From Gemmatimonadales bacterium (GTDB taxonomy: Bacteria > Gemmatimonadota > Gemmatimonadetes > Gemmatimonadales > GWC2-71-9): a DNA stretch of 64,000 nt. Below the pieces are notes generated by a model. The model saw only the letters and a list, made by a program, of their open reading frames with translations, did not search any database and was not told the DNA's origin. How positions within the stretch are numbered: position 1 is the stretch's first letter; every line of letters begins with the position of its first letter. The stretch is from NCBI GenBank assembly GCA_025927545.1, contig JAICLE010000001.1, forward strand, positions 70,313 through 134,312, read 5' to 3'. A program made the position numbers and the translations under genes. Positions 6,898-15,882 of this stretch are shown one piece after another.

Positions 6898-7206
6898 ATG
6901 AGTGAGGCCGAGCAGTCCGTCGATCCGCGCCTCGATCCGCTGTGGCAGGCGCTGAGCTCGGTGATCGACCCGGAGATCGGGCTCGACATCGTCACGCTGG
7001 GCCTGGTGTACGACCTGGAGATCCGGGACGACGTCGCCCGGATCACCCACACGCTCACCACGCCCGGCTGCCCGATGGAGAAGGTCATCACGGACGGTAT
7101 CCGGAGTGCCGGGGCGATGGTGGAGGGCGTGCGGGGCGTGGAGACCGAGCTGGTGTGGGAGCCGGCGTGGCATCCGGGGATGATCTCGGGCGGCGGATTT
7201 TCCTGA
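6898..7206 (+). CDS. DUF59 (MIP18/SufT/PaaD-like) Fe-S assembly protein
   Basis: SSVIDPEIGLDIVTLGLVYDLEI...TLTTPGCPM is the classic DUF59 motif. GGGGAGG RBS is 7 nt before ATG 6898. Confidence 0.8.
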   Translation: MSEAEQSVDPRLDPLWQALSSVIDPEIGLDIVTLGLVYDLEIRDDVARITHTLTTPGCPMEKVITDGIRSAGAMVEGVRGVETELVWEPAWHPGMISGGGFS

Positions 7207-7251
7207 GCCGGAATCCCGCCGGCGGGTGTCCCGGAGGGGTCCAACCGAGGC

Positions 7252-7257
7252 TATATT
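7252..7257 (+). promoter_or_regulatory. possible -10 element (TATATT) for the tRNA-Cys gene
   Basis: This is the only AT-rich hexamer in the GC-rich gap, about 20 nt upstream of the tRNA 5' end. No convincing -35 element. Confidence 0.3.
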
Positions 7258-7277
7258 ACGCGCCCGTGCGGGTCCCG

Positions 7278-7348
<71 letters not shown>

Positions 7349-7571
7349 CTCGTCGAAGTATTGCCTCTGCCCGCCGTGTCGCCATCTCACGCTCGTGCTC
7401 TGGACACTGCCTGCCGATCCATTCCGTGCGCGTCCGGCACCGTATCTCTTCCCCATCCGCCCCGCACTCCGCCCTCTCGAATGGCCGCATAGCTCGCAGG
7501 GTCGCTGACCGGTCGGCGAAGGCATCGCGGCCTCCGCGTCGTGCCAGGCACGTATCCGGAGGGGTTGAGCC

Positions 7572-9041
7572 ATGTCACTCCAGGTGACACGCCAGCTCGT
7601 CGGCCTCGGAGCGGGCCGAGCCGCGCATCGAACGGTTCATGCGTGGCTCCTCACCCTCGGCTTTGCAATCGCCGGGACCGCCGCCGGCGCCGGTCGGCTG
7701 CCAGCACAGGTCGAACACCAGCATCACGACTCGACGGCAGCCCAAGCGGCAAGCATGTCCAGCATGCCGCCCATGCCGGGCATGCCGCGGCGCCCCTTCG
7801 GCATCCCGATGACCCGCATGGGCTCAGGGACCACCTGGCTTCCCGATGCGTCCTCCATGAGGGCCTGGCACTTCACGGCCGGCCCCTGGATGCTGATGGT
7901 GCACGGCGACGCATTCCTGCAGTTCGATCATCAGGGTGGCCCCCGGGGGGACGACCAGATCGGGAGCATCAATTGGGGGATGCTGATGGCGATGCGCCAG
8001 CTGGCCGGCGGCACGCTGCACCTGCACGGCATGGCGAGCGCGGAGCCGCTCACGATCGGCAGGCAGGGGTATCCGCTCCTGCTGCAGAGCGGCGAGACCT
8101 TCCGAGGCGTGCCGCTCCACGACCGGCAGCACCCGCACGACCTGTTCATGGAGCTCTCGGCCTTCTACGAGCGGCCTATCACCCGGCGAGTCGGCTTCAT
8201 GGTGTACGCGGCGCCGGTGGGAGAACCGGGGATCGGGCCCGTGGCCTACATGCACCGCCCCTCGGCCCTGAACGACCCCTTCGCGCCGCTGTCGCACCAC
8301 TGGACCGACGCCACGCACATCACCTATGGGGTGCTCACGGCGGGGCTCTTCAGCCGCACGCTCAAGCTGGAAGGCACGCTGTTCAACGGACGCGAGCCGG
8401 ACGAAGATCGTTACGATTTCGACTTCCACCCGCTCGATTCCTACGGGCTCCGCCTGTCGGCAAACCCGACGCCGCACTGGGCCCTGAGCGGGAGCTATGG
8501 CTACCTGAAGCAGCCCGAAGCACTTCATCCGGAAGAAAACCAGCGTCGCCTCGGCGCGTCCGTGCTGCACACGGTGCGGCTGGGCCGCCAGGTCGAGTGG
8601 GCATCCGCGCTGATCTACGGCGGCAACAAGCATGTGACGCCAGGCGGAGCGGAAGCCGGACGCTGGGAGCACAGCCTCATGGCCGAGTCCAACCTGCAGC
8701 TCGACGCGGCCAACACGGTCTTCGGGAGAGTCGAGTACGTGCGCAAGAGCGCTGAGGACCTGGTCATTCCCGCGACGCCGGACCAGGAGTTCGACGTCGG
8801 CACGCTTGCGCTCGGCTACGTTCGCGAGCTCGCCGACTTCCGCGGCGCGACACTCGGGCTCGGCGCCCGCGGGGCGATCAACCTGGTGCCGCGGACGCTC
8901 GAGGGCGTGTACGGGAGCCGGACCCCCGTGGGAGTCGCCGTGTTTCTCCGCGTTCGGCCGAGGCTGCTCGAGGGCGCGCACGCGATGGATGCCGAGATGC
9001 ACGCGGCACGGAGTGACACGACGGGTGGGTGGCCACCGTGA
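7572..9041 (+). CDS. Met/His-rich secreted, probably outer-membrane beta-barrel, protein of unknown family
   Basis: GGAGGGG RBS. N-terminal signal-like segment, then QVEHQHHDSTAAQAASMSSMPPMPGMPRRPFGIPMTRM, followed by beta-strand-like alternation (FDVGTLALGYVRELADFRGATLGLGARGAINLV). The 3' end overlaps the start of the CopB-type ATPase gene. Confidence 0.6.
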   Translation: MSLQVTRQLVGLGAGRAAHRTVHAWLLTLGFAIAGTAAGAGRLPAQVEHQHHDSTAAQAASMSSMPPMPGMPRRPFGIPMTRMGSGTTWLPDASSMRAWHFTAGPWMLMVHGDAFLQFDHQGGPRGDDQIGSINWGMLMAMRQLAGGTLHLHGMASAEPLTIGRQGYPLLLQSGETFRGVPLHDRQHPHDLFMELSAFYERPITRRVGFMVYAAPVGEPGIGPVAYMHRPSALNDPFAPLSHHWTDATHITYGVLTAGLFSRTLKLEGTLFNGREPDEDRYDFDFHPLDSYGLRLSANPTPHWALSGSYGYLKQPEALHPEENQRRLGASVLHTVRLGRQVEWASALIYGGNKHVTPGGAEAGRWEHSLMAESNLQLDAANTVFGRVEYVRKSAEDLVIPATPDQEFDVGTLALGYVRELADFRGATLGLGARGAINLVPRTLEGVYGSRTPVGVAVFLRVRPRLLEGAHAMDAEMHAARSDTTGGWPP

Positions 9042-11083
9042 GCCCGGGGGAGCCACACGCGCATCGCGCGCACCACCACGAGGGCCACCCGCCCGGCGCG
9101 GCTCACGACAAGCACGCCGGCCACAGCGTGGCGATGTTCCGCGACAGGTTCTGGCTCACCCTGCTCCTGACCATTCCGACCCTCATCTGGGGCCACATGC
9201 TCCAGAGCGTGCTCGGTTATCGGGCGCCGCAGTTCCCCGGCTCGGGCTGGATCCCACCGCTCTTCGGCACCGTGGTCTTCTTCTACGGCGGGTGGCCGTT
9301 CATCCAGGGCGCCGTGCGCGAGCTCCGCGACCGGCTGCCTGGGATGATGACGCTCATCGCGCTGGCCATCGCGGTCGCCTTCGGCTTCAGCGCCGCCGTC
9401 ACGCTGGGCTATCCCGGCATGCCGCTCTGGGAAGAGCTCGCGACGCTGGTCGCCATCATGCTGCTGGGACACTGGATCGAGATGCGCTCCATCTCCCAGG
9501 CCCAGGGCGCCCTGGCCGAGCTGGTCAAGCTGCTGCCGAACACGGCCACGCGGGTGGTTGCCGGCGGCGGCCCGGAACGCCTCGAGGAAGTGCCGCTCGC
9601 GGCGCTCGCCGACCGGGATCTGGTGCTGGTCCGGCCCGGCGCCAGCGTGCCCGCGGACGGCGTGGTGCGCTCGGGCCGCAGCGCGCTCGACGAATCGATG
9701 ATCACCGGTGAATCCCGCCGGGTCGACAAGGCCGAGGGGGACACCGTCATCGCGGGGACGGTCAATGGCGGCGGCTCGCTCCGGGTCGCGGTGACCGGGA
9801 CCGCTGAGCGGACGATGCTGGCGGCCATCATGCGCCTGGTCGAGCAGGCCCAGACCTCGCGCAGCCGAGCGCAGGCGCTGGCCGACCGGGCCGCGTTCTG
9901 GCTCACGGTCGTGGCGCTCGTGGCGGGGGCCGTGACGCTAGTCGCGTGGCTTGCCGCGGGGGCGGAGCCGGCCTACGCCGTGGAGCGGCTGGTCACCGTG
10001 CTGGTCATCGCCTGTCCGCACGCGCTCGGGCTGGCGGTCCCGCTCGTGATCGCGATCTCGACCACGCTGGGGGCGCGGAGCGGCCTGCTGGTCCGCGACC
10101 GGCGCGGCCTGGAGGAGGCGCGGCTGCTCGACGCCGTGGTGTTCGATAAGACGGGCACCCTCACGCTCGGGTCGCACCGGGTCGTGAGCACGCGGATGGC
10201 CGCTGACGTGAGCGAGGTGGAAGCGCTCCGGCTCGCCGCCGCGGTGGAACGGGACGCCGAGCACCCGATCGGCCGGGCGATCGTGGCGAGCGCCCGGGAG
10301 CGCGGGCTCGAGATCCCGATGGCCGCGGACTTCGTAGCCATTCCGGGTCGGGGTGTGCAAGCCGTGGTGGAGGGACGACGCTTGGCCGCCGGCGGCCCCA
10401 ACCTGCTCCGCGAGGCAGGGCTCGCTCAGCCCACCGAGCTGCAGGCGTTTGCCGTTGAGGCGGCGGCGCGCGGCCAGGGAGTCGTGTACCTGCTCGAGGG
10501 CGACCGTGTTCTCGCGGCGTTCGCCGTCGCCGACGCGGTGCGGCCCGAGTCACGGGAAGCCGTCCGGCGGTTACACGAGCTGGGGATCGGGGTGGTCATG
10601 ATGACGGGCGACGCTCAGGCGGTCGCCGACGCGGTGGCCCGGGAGCTCGGCATCGACACCGTGTTCGCGCAGGTGCTGCCGGGAGACAAGGCGGCGCGCA
10701 TCGAGGCGTTGCAGCGCGGAGGGAAGCGGGTGGCGATGGTGGGTGACGGCGTGAACGATGCGCCCGCGCTGGTGACCGCGGACGTCGGTATCGCCATCGG
10801 GGCCGGCACCGACGTGGCGGTCGAGGCGGGCGACGTGGTGCTGGTTCGGAGCGACCCGCGCGACGTGCCGCGGATCGTGGCGCTGAGCCGGGCGAGCTAC
10901 CGGAAGATGGTGCAGAACCTCTGGTGGGCCGCCGGGTACAATATTGTGGCCATCCCGCTCGCGGCCGGCGTTCTGGCGCCGATCGGCGTGGTGCTCTCGC
11001 CGGCGGTCGGGGCGGTGCTGATGTCGCTCAGCACCGTGATCGTGGCCGTCAACGCGCAACTGCTGCGGCGGGCGCACGTGTGA
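9029..11083 (+). CDS. copB: heavy-metal (copper) translocating P1B-type ATPase, CopB-like (CPH motif, His-rich N-terminus)
   Basis: His-rich N-terminus HAHRAHHHEGHPPGAAHDKHAGH, TM motif ACPHALGLAVP, DKTGTLT, AEHPIGRAIV, MTGD, GDGVNDAPAL. GTG start at 9029, or GTG 9038 forming a GTGA overlap with the upstream stop. Confidence 0.9.
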   Translation: MATVSPGEPHAHRAHHHEGHPPGAAHDKHAGHSVAMFRDRFWLTLLLTIPTLIWGHMLQSVLGYRAPQFPGSGWIPPLFGTVVFFYGGWPFIQGAVRELRDRLPGMMTLIALAIAVAFGFSAAVTLGYPGMPLWEELATLVAIMLLGHWIEMRSISQAQGALAELVKLLPNTATRVVAGGGPERLEEVPLAALADRDLVLVRPGASVPADGVVRSGRSALDESMITGESRRVDKAEGDTVIAGTVNGGGSLRVAVTGTAERTMLAAIMRLVEQAQTSRSRAQALADRAAFWLTVVALVAGAVTLVAWLAAGAEPAYAVERLVTVLVIACPHALGLAVPLVIAISTTLGARSGLLVRDRRGLEEARLLDAVVFDKTGTLTLGSHRVVSTRMAADVSEVEALRLAAAVERDAEHPIGRAIVASARERGLEIPMAADFVAIPGRGVQAVVEGRRLAAGGPNLLREAGLAQPTELQAFAVEAAARGQGVVYLLEGDRVLAAFAVADAVRPESREAVRRLHELGIGVVMMTGDAQAVADAVARELGIDTVFAQVLPGDKAARIEALQRGGKRVAMVGDGVNDAPALVTADVGIAIGAGTDVAVEAGDVVLVRSDPRDVPRIVALSRASYRKMVQNLWWAAGYNIVAIPLAAGVLAPIGVVLSPAVGAVLMSLSTVIVAVNAQLLRRAHV

Positions 11084-11088
11084 GCCGG

Positions 11089-12507
11089 CTAGCGGGCCAT
11101 GGTCTCCAGTGCCGCCCGCGCGGCGTAGTAGCCGGCCATTCCGTGCACCCCACCCCCAGGCGGCGTTGAAGCCGAACAGAGGTACACTCCCCGGATCGGG
11201 GTCCGATACGGCGACGGCCGCGCCACCGGCCGGGCGAACACCTGACGCAGCTCCGTCGCGCCGCCGCTGATGTCACCACCCACCAGATTGGCATTCCGCC
11301 GCTCGAGCTCGGCCGGCGGCATGACGCTCCGCGCAAGGATCCGCTCCCGGAACCCCGGCGCGAACCGCTCGACCTGCCGCTCGATCCGATCGGTCACGTC
11401 GAGCGTACACCCGTTGGGCACGTGGCAATAGGCCCACGCCGTGTGCCTGCCCCGCGGCGCGCGCGAGGCGTCGAACAGCGTCGGCTGGACGAAGAGCACG
11501 AACGGCCGCTCGTGCACTTCGCCGCGCGCGGGCGCTGCCTCCGCTGCCGCGATCTCCTCGAGCGTGCCGCCCAGGTGCACCGTGGCCGCCCGCGCGCACG
11601 CTGGCGCGGTCCACGGGACCGGGCCGTCCAGTGCCCAGTCGAGCTTGAACGCCGCGGCGCCATAGCGGTAGCGCCGGAGCGCGCGGCGGTAGCCCGGCGG
11701 GAGTCGGTCGCCCGCGATCCGGATAAGCTGGTGCGGCCCCACGTCCAGCATGACGACGCGCGCCGAGTGCACCTCGTCGAGTCGGGATACCGCCGCGCCC
11801 GTCCGGATCTCGCCGCCCAGGGAGCGGAGATGGCCCGCGAGCGCGTCGGCCAGGCGCTGGGAGCCGCCCCGGACGATCGGCCAGCCCACGGCGTGTCCGG
11901 CGACCGCGAGCAGAAGCCCGAAGGCGCCCGTCCCGGGTGACTCGAGCGGCAGGAACGAGTGCGCCGCGCAGCCCGCGAAGAGCGCGCGGGCCGCCGTACC
12001 GTGCAGGCCGCGGGCGAGCAGCATGGCCGGCTGCAGCGCGCGAAGGCCGAACCGCGCCAGCAGCAACGGATGCCGCGGAACGTGGAGCGGCGGCGCCAGT
12101 ACGTCTGCCGCGAGACGGTCCCATGCCTCCACGAATGGCGCCAGGAGGCCTCGCCAGCTTTCGCCACCCGGGCCCAGTCCGGCCGCCGTGGCCTCGATCG
12201 AGCGCTCGAGCACCGCCGCCGATCCATCGTCGAGCGGGTGGGCCAGGGCTGCCGGCGGCTGAACCCAGTCGAGACCGAAGTCGTGCAGCGGCAGGCTCCG
12301 GAAGCACGGCGACGCGATCGCGAACGGGAGCACGGCCGCGCACGCGTCGTGAGTGAACCCCGGCAGCGTCAACGCTTCCGACCGCAGGCCACCGCCAAAG
12401 GCCGGCGCGGCCTCACGGATCTCGGTGCGGAGCCCGGCGCGCGCAAGCAGGATGGCGGCCGCCAAGCCGTTCGGACCGGAGCCCACGACGACGGCGTCGG
12501 GAGTCAT
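11089..12507 (-). CDS. NAD(P)/FAD-dependent oxidoreductase, phytoene-desaturase (CrtI-like) family
   Basis: N-terminal dinucleotide fold DAVVVGSGPNGLAAAILLARAG and a C-terminal GVYLCSASTPPGGGVHGMAG. Confidence 0.85.
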   Translation of the reverse strand: MTPDAVVVGSGPNGLAAAILLARAGLRTEIREAAPAFGGGLRSEALTLPGFTHDACAAVLPFAIASPCFRSLPLHDFGLDWVQPPAALAHPLDDGSAAVLERSIEATAAGLGPGGESWRGLLAPFVEAWDRLAADVLAPPLHVPRHPLLLARFGLRALQPAMLLARGLHGTAARALFAGCAAHSFLPLESPGTGAFGLLLAVAGHAVGWPIVRGGSQRLADALAGHLRSLGGEIRTGAAVSRLDEVHSARVVMLDVGPHQLIRIAGDRLPPGYRRALRRYRYGAAAFKLDWALDGPVPWTAPACARAATVHLGGTLEEIAAAEAAPARGEVHERPFVLFVQPTLFDASRAPRGRHTAWAYCHVPNGCTLDVTDRIERQVERFAPGFRERILARSVMPPAELERRNANLVGGDISGGATELRQVFARPVARPSPYRTPIRGVYLCSASTPPGGGVHGMAGYYAARAALETMAR

Positions 12508-12551
12508 GCCGGCGTTAGATTCCGCCAGACTTCAGCCCAGCGGATGCTCTC

Positions 12552-14159
12552 ATGCAGCCTCGCGCCCTCTCGCTGTTCCTCGTCCTCCTGACTCCGATCG
12601 GCACCGCCGCCGCGGCGCCTCCGCCACAACGGCCCTCTCTGGCATACAGTATCGATCTCAACCGGCGCGCGGACGATCTTTTCCACGTGACGCTCCGAGT
12701 CGCCGGGCTCACGAAGGCAAACGCGATCTACCAGTTCGCCGCCACCGCGCCGGGCACCTACGAAACCATGAATATCGGGCGCTACGTGAAGACGTTCGAG
12801 GCGCTGGACGCCCGGGGACGGCGGGTGCCCATCGACCGGATCGGCGTGAACCAGTGGCGGCTCTCGCAGCCAGCGAGAGTCCGGACCATCCGGTACGCCG
12901 TATCCGAAACCTGGGACAGCCCGCTCGACCACCCGATCTACCGGATGTGCGGCACCTCCATCGAGAACGATCACGTGCTGATCAACCCCCACGCCGTGAT
13001 CGGCTATCCGGAAGGCCTCCAGGCCGCGCCGGTGCGGCTCCGGCTGGCCTATCCAGCCGCATGGCAGGCGGGCACCGCCCTCAAGCGCGGCCCCGACGGC
13101 GTCTACGTGGCCGACAGCTACGACCAGCTGGTGGATTCCCCGATCCTGCTCGGCCGGCTTTCCAAGGCGCGCCTGGTGGTGACCGGAGTGCCGATCGACG
13201 TCTACACCTACTCCGCCACCGGGAAGATCAGGTCGTCCCAGCTCCTCGGCTCGATGAGCGGGATGCTCCACGCCGCCGGCAAATTTCTTGGCCGGCTGCC
13301 GGTGGACCGCTACACCTTCCTCTACCATTTCGGCGACTCCGCGGCGGGTGCCTGGGAGCACTCGTACAGCTCCGAGTACGTGCTGCGGGAGGGCGAGTTC
13401 ACCGATTCGGTGGGCCGGCGAGTGACCGACATCGCCGCTCACGAGTTCTTTCACGTCGTGACCCCGCTCAACATTCACAGCGAGATCATCGAGCATTTCA
13501 ACTTCGTCACGCCCGTGCCCTCGCGGCACCTCTGGCTGTATGAGGGCACCACGGAGTGGGCGGCGCACGACATGCAGCTCCGGGCCGGCCTGGTGACGCT
13601 GGAGGCCTACCTTCAGACCCAGATAGGCAAGATGCAGGTCGCCCGCCAGAGGTTCGACAGCACCTGGAGCCTGCTCAAGCTGTCGCTCACCTCCTACAGC
13701 GACTCGGGCCAGGCGCAGTACGGCAACATCTACCAGCGCGGCGCGCTCACCGCGGGGCTGCTCGACATCCGGCTCCTCGAGCTCTCGCACGGCGATCGCG
13801 GGCTCCGCGATCTCATCATCGAGCTGACGCACCGGTACGGGAAGCGCCGGGCGTTCCCCGACTCGACGTTCGTGGATACGCTGGTGGCGATGACCTACCC
13901 CGAGATCCGGGAGTTCTTCGACCGCTACGTCCTGCACGCGCAGCACCTGCCGATCAGGGAGTACTACGCCAGGCTCGGCATCACCCTGATCCAGGATGAC
14001 AGGGGGCAGCCGGTCCGCTTCGAGATCAACCCGAGCCCCACGCCGGGGCAGCTCGCGCTGCGCGAGGCCTGGCTCGGGAGGGCGGTCAGGAGTAGTAGCG
14101 CTTCAGGTAAGCGGCGACGCCGTCGAGGTCGGGAAAGAGCCGGCGCTCGTCGACGCTGA
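12552..14159 (+). CDS. secreted zinc metallopeptidase, M61-like (HExxH...E)
   Basis: Signal peptide, HEFFHVV followed by LYEGTTEWAAH. It is a paralogue-like relative of 16659-18491 but has no obvious PDZ. The last ~24 codons overlap the convergent FRG gene. Confidence 0.75.
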   Translation: MQPRALSLFLVLLTPIGTAAAAPPPQRPSLAYSIDLNRRADDLFHVTLRVAGLTKANAIYQFAATAPGTYETMNIGRYVKTFEALDARGRRVPIDRIGVNQWRLSQPARVRTIRYAVSETWDSPLDHPIYRMCGTSIENDHVLINPHAVIGYPEGLQAAPVRLRLAYPAAWQAGTALKRGPDGVYVADSYDQLVDSPILLGRLSKARLVVTGVPIDVYTYSATGKIRSSQLLGSMSGMLHAAGKFLGRLPVDRYTFLYHFGDSAAGAWEHSYSSEYVLREGEFTDSVGRRVTDIAAHEFFHVVTPLNIHSEIIEHFNFVTPVPSRHLWLYEGTTEWAAHDMQLRAGLVTLEAYLQTQIGKMQVARQRFDSTWSLLKLSLTSYSDSGQAQYGNIYQRGALTAGLLDIRLLELSHGDRGLRDLIIELTHRYGKRRAFPDSTFVDTLVAMTYPEIREFFDRYVLHAQHLPIREYYARLGITLIQDDRGQPVRFEINPSPTPGQLALREAWLGRAVRSSSASGKRRRRRGRERAGARRR

Positions 14160-14883
14160 CCAGATCGAGCTGGTCGCGGATGCGGCCGGCGTGCTGGGCC
14201 GGGATCACGATCTTGGTGAGCGCGCCGCCCAGACCGTGGCGCTCGAGGAAATCGTCGAACGTCTGGCGCTTCTCGGAACAGAGGGTGAACGCGGCGGACT
14301 GGGCCACGATGCGCGCATCGAGCGACGGCGGCTCCAGCATGCAGGCGAACGGCCGGCTGCCCTCGCGCATGGCGAACAGCGCCGATGGCGTGAACGGCCG
14401 GTCGCCGGCAAAAATCCCTTCCAGGTCCTGGATGAGCAGCGCGAGCTCCGGCAGGCGGAAGAAGCGGTGGACCTCCTTCCAGTCGAGCCGCCACACGGCG
14501 CGGTCGGCTCCGCCGGAGCCCTCGACGGTGGCGAAGTGCGCCGCCACGAGCGGCGAGTAGGTCCAGTCGAGCAGCCGGGTGGGGAGGCCGTGGTGCTGCG
14601 CCGCCACCAGCACCTCCCAGTCGTTCTCCGGCGGACTGCCGAAGTAGGGACGGGAGTAGCGGATGAAGTTGCGGAGGATGTACTCCTCCAGGTCCGCCTT
14701 GGTGTGCGGCGCCGAGGCGCCGCCGAGCTGGTCCAAACTTGTAAGCAGCGGCCTGCGGGCGTCGCCGGCGCCGGGGTAGACGCCGCTGCTCCGCCGCCGG
14801 CCGGTGGCGGGGTCCGGTTCCGGCGGCGTGGTCTGGGCGATGAGATCACCCAGCGAGGTGACGGCCACTTCGCGGATCGCCAT
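14086..14883 (-). CDS. FRG domain protein
   Basis: VLVAAQHHGLPTRLLDWTYSPLVAAHFA is the FRG-domain core. Start at ATG 14883; the ORF opens at TTG 14919. Confidence 0.75.
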   Translation of the reverse strand: MAIREVAVTSLGDLIAQTTPPEPDPATGRRRSSGVYPGAGDARRPLLTSLDQLGGASAPHTKADLEEYILRNFIRYSRPYFGSPPENDWEVLVAAQHHGLPTRLLDWTYSPLVAAHFATVEGSGGADRAVWRLDWKEVHRFFRLPELALLIQDLEGIFAGDRPFTPSALFAMREGSRPFACMLEPPSLDARIVAQSAAFTLCSEKRQTFDDFLERHGLGGALTKIVIPAQHAGRIRDQLDLVSVDERRLFPDLDGVAAYLKRYYS

Positions 14884-14945
14884 GCGCTGATATGAAGCGC
14901 GCTCGAGAGGGTCGCGCAAGCCCGGCAGTGCCGCGATCTTGCCCC

Positions 14946-15872
14946 ATGCACCAGTTCGACCTCTGCGCCCTCGCCGCTCGGCTGCCGCCCCGGCCGCTCA
15001 CCCGCTTTGCGCCCAGCCCTACCGGCTACCTGCACTTGGGCCACGCTGCCAACGCGGTCTGGGTGTGGGGGCTCGCCCGGGCACTCGGCGGTCGGGTGCT
15101 GCTCCGGCTCGAGGACCACGACCGGAGCCGCTGCCGGCGCGCGTACGAGGCGGCGCTGCTCGAGGACCTGGAGTGGCTCGGACTGGAGCCGGACATCGGC
15201 GCGGTGGCGGAGTTCCGCTCCGGCGCGTCGCCGCTCCGGCAGAGCGACTCCGGGAGCGAGTACGCCGTCGCGCTCGAGCGGCTCGGCGCCGGCGTCTTCG
15301 TGTGCGACTGTTCGCGCAAGGACGTCACGGGTGAAGCCGGCGACGTCGTCAACCAGGAGACACGATATCCGGGGCGCTGCCGCGACCGCGGTCTCGAGCC
15401 GGCGCCCGGCCGTGGGCTCCGGCTCCGGATGGAGCCCGGCGCGGAGCGATTCGTCGATGCCCGACTGGGCTCGCAGGAGCAGCATCCCGCCGAGCAATCC
15501 GGCGACCTGCTGCTCCGCGACCGCTTGGGGCAGTGGACCTACCAGTTTGCGGTCGCCGTGGACGACCTCAGGCACGGGGTGGACCTGATCGTCCGGGGCG
15601 AGGACCTGCTGGGCTCGACCGGCCGCCAGATCCGGCTGGGCCGCCTGTTGGGACGGCCCGCACTGCCGGCGTTTGTGCATCATCCGCTCATCCGGAATCC
15701 GGGCGGCGGGAAGCTGAGCAAGTCGCGCGGGGACACCGGTATCCGGGAGCTGCGCGCGGCCGGCGCCGCACCGGCCGAGGTGCTGGGGCGGGCGGCCTGG
15801 CTCACCGGCCTCCAGGCCGAGCCCGACCCGCTGCGTCCGGATGATCTGGCCAAGCTGTTCGCCGGGAGTTAG
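14946..15872 (+). CDS. gluQ: glutamyl-Q tRNA(Asp) synthetase
   Basis: RFAPSPTGYLHLGHAANAV (HIGH-type motif), KLSKS, and short GluRS-catalytic-domain-only length. Confidence 0.85.
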   Translation: MHQFDLCALAARLPPRPLTRFAPSPTGYLHLGHAANAVWVWGLARALGGRVLLRLEDHDRSRCRRAYEAALLEDLEWLGLEPDIGAVAEFRSGASPLRQSDSGSEYAVALERLGAGVFVCDCSRKDVTGEAGDVVNQETRYPGRCRDRGLEPAPGRGLRLRMEPGAERFVDARLGSQEQHPAEQSGDLLLRDRLGQWTYQFAVAVDDLRHGVDLIVRGEDLLGSTGRQIRLGRLLGRPALPAFVHHPLIRNPGGGKLSKSRGDTGIRELRAAGAAPAEVLGRAAWLTGLQAEPDPLRPDDLAKLFAGS

Positions 15873-15882
15873 CATCCCCCGG

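Noticed and set aside
14205-15875. 556-aa minus-strand ORF spanning the FRG and gluQ genes
   Set aside because: It is a shadow ORF crossing two well-supported genes and their intergenic region. The product is Arg/Pro/Ala/Gly-rich with no recognisable motif.
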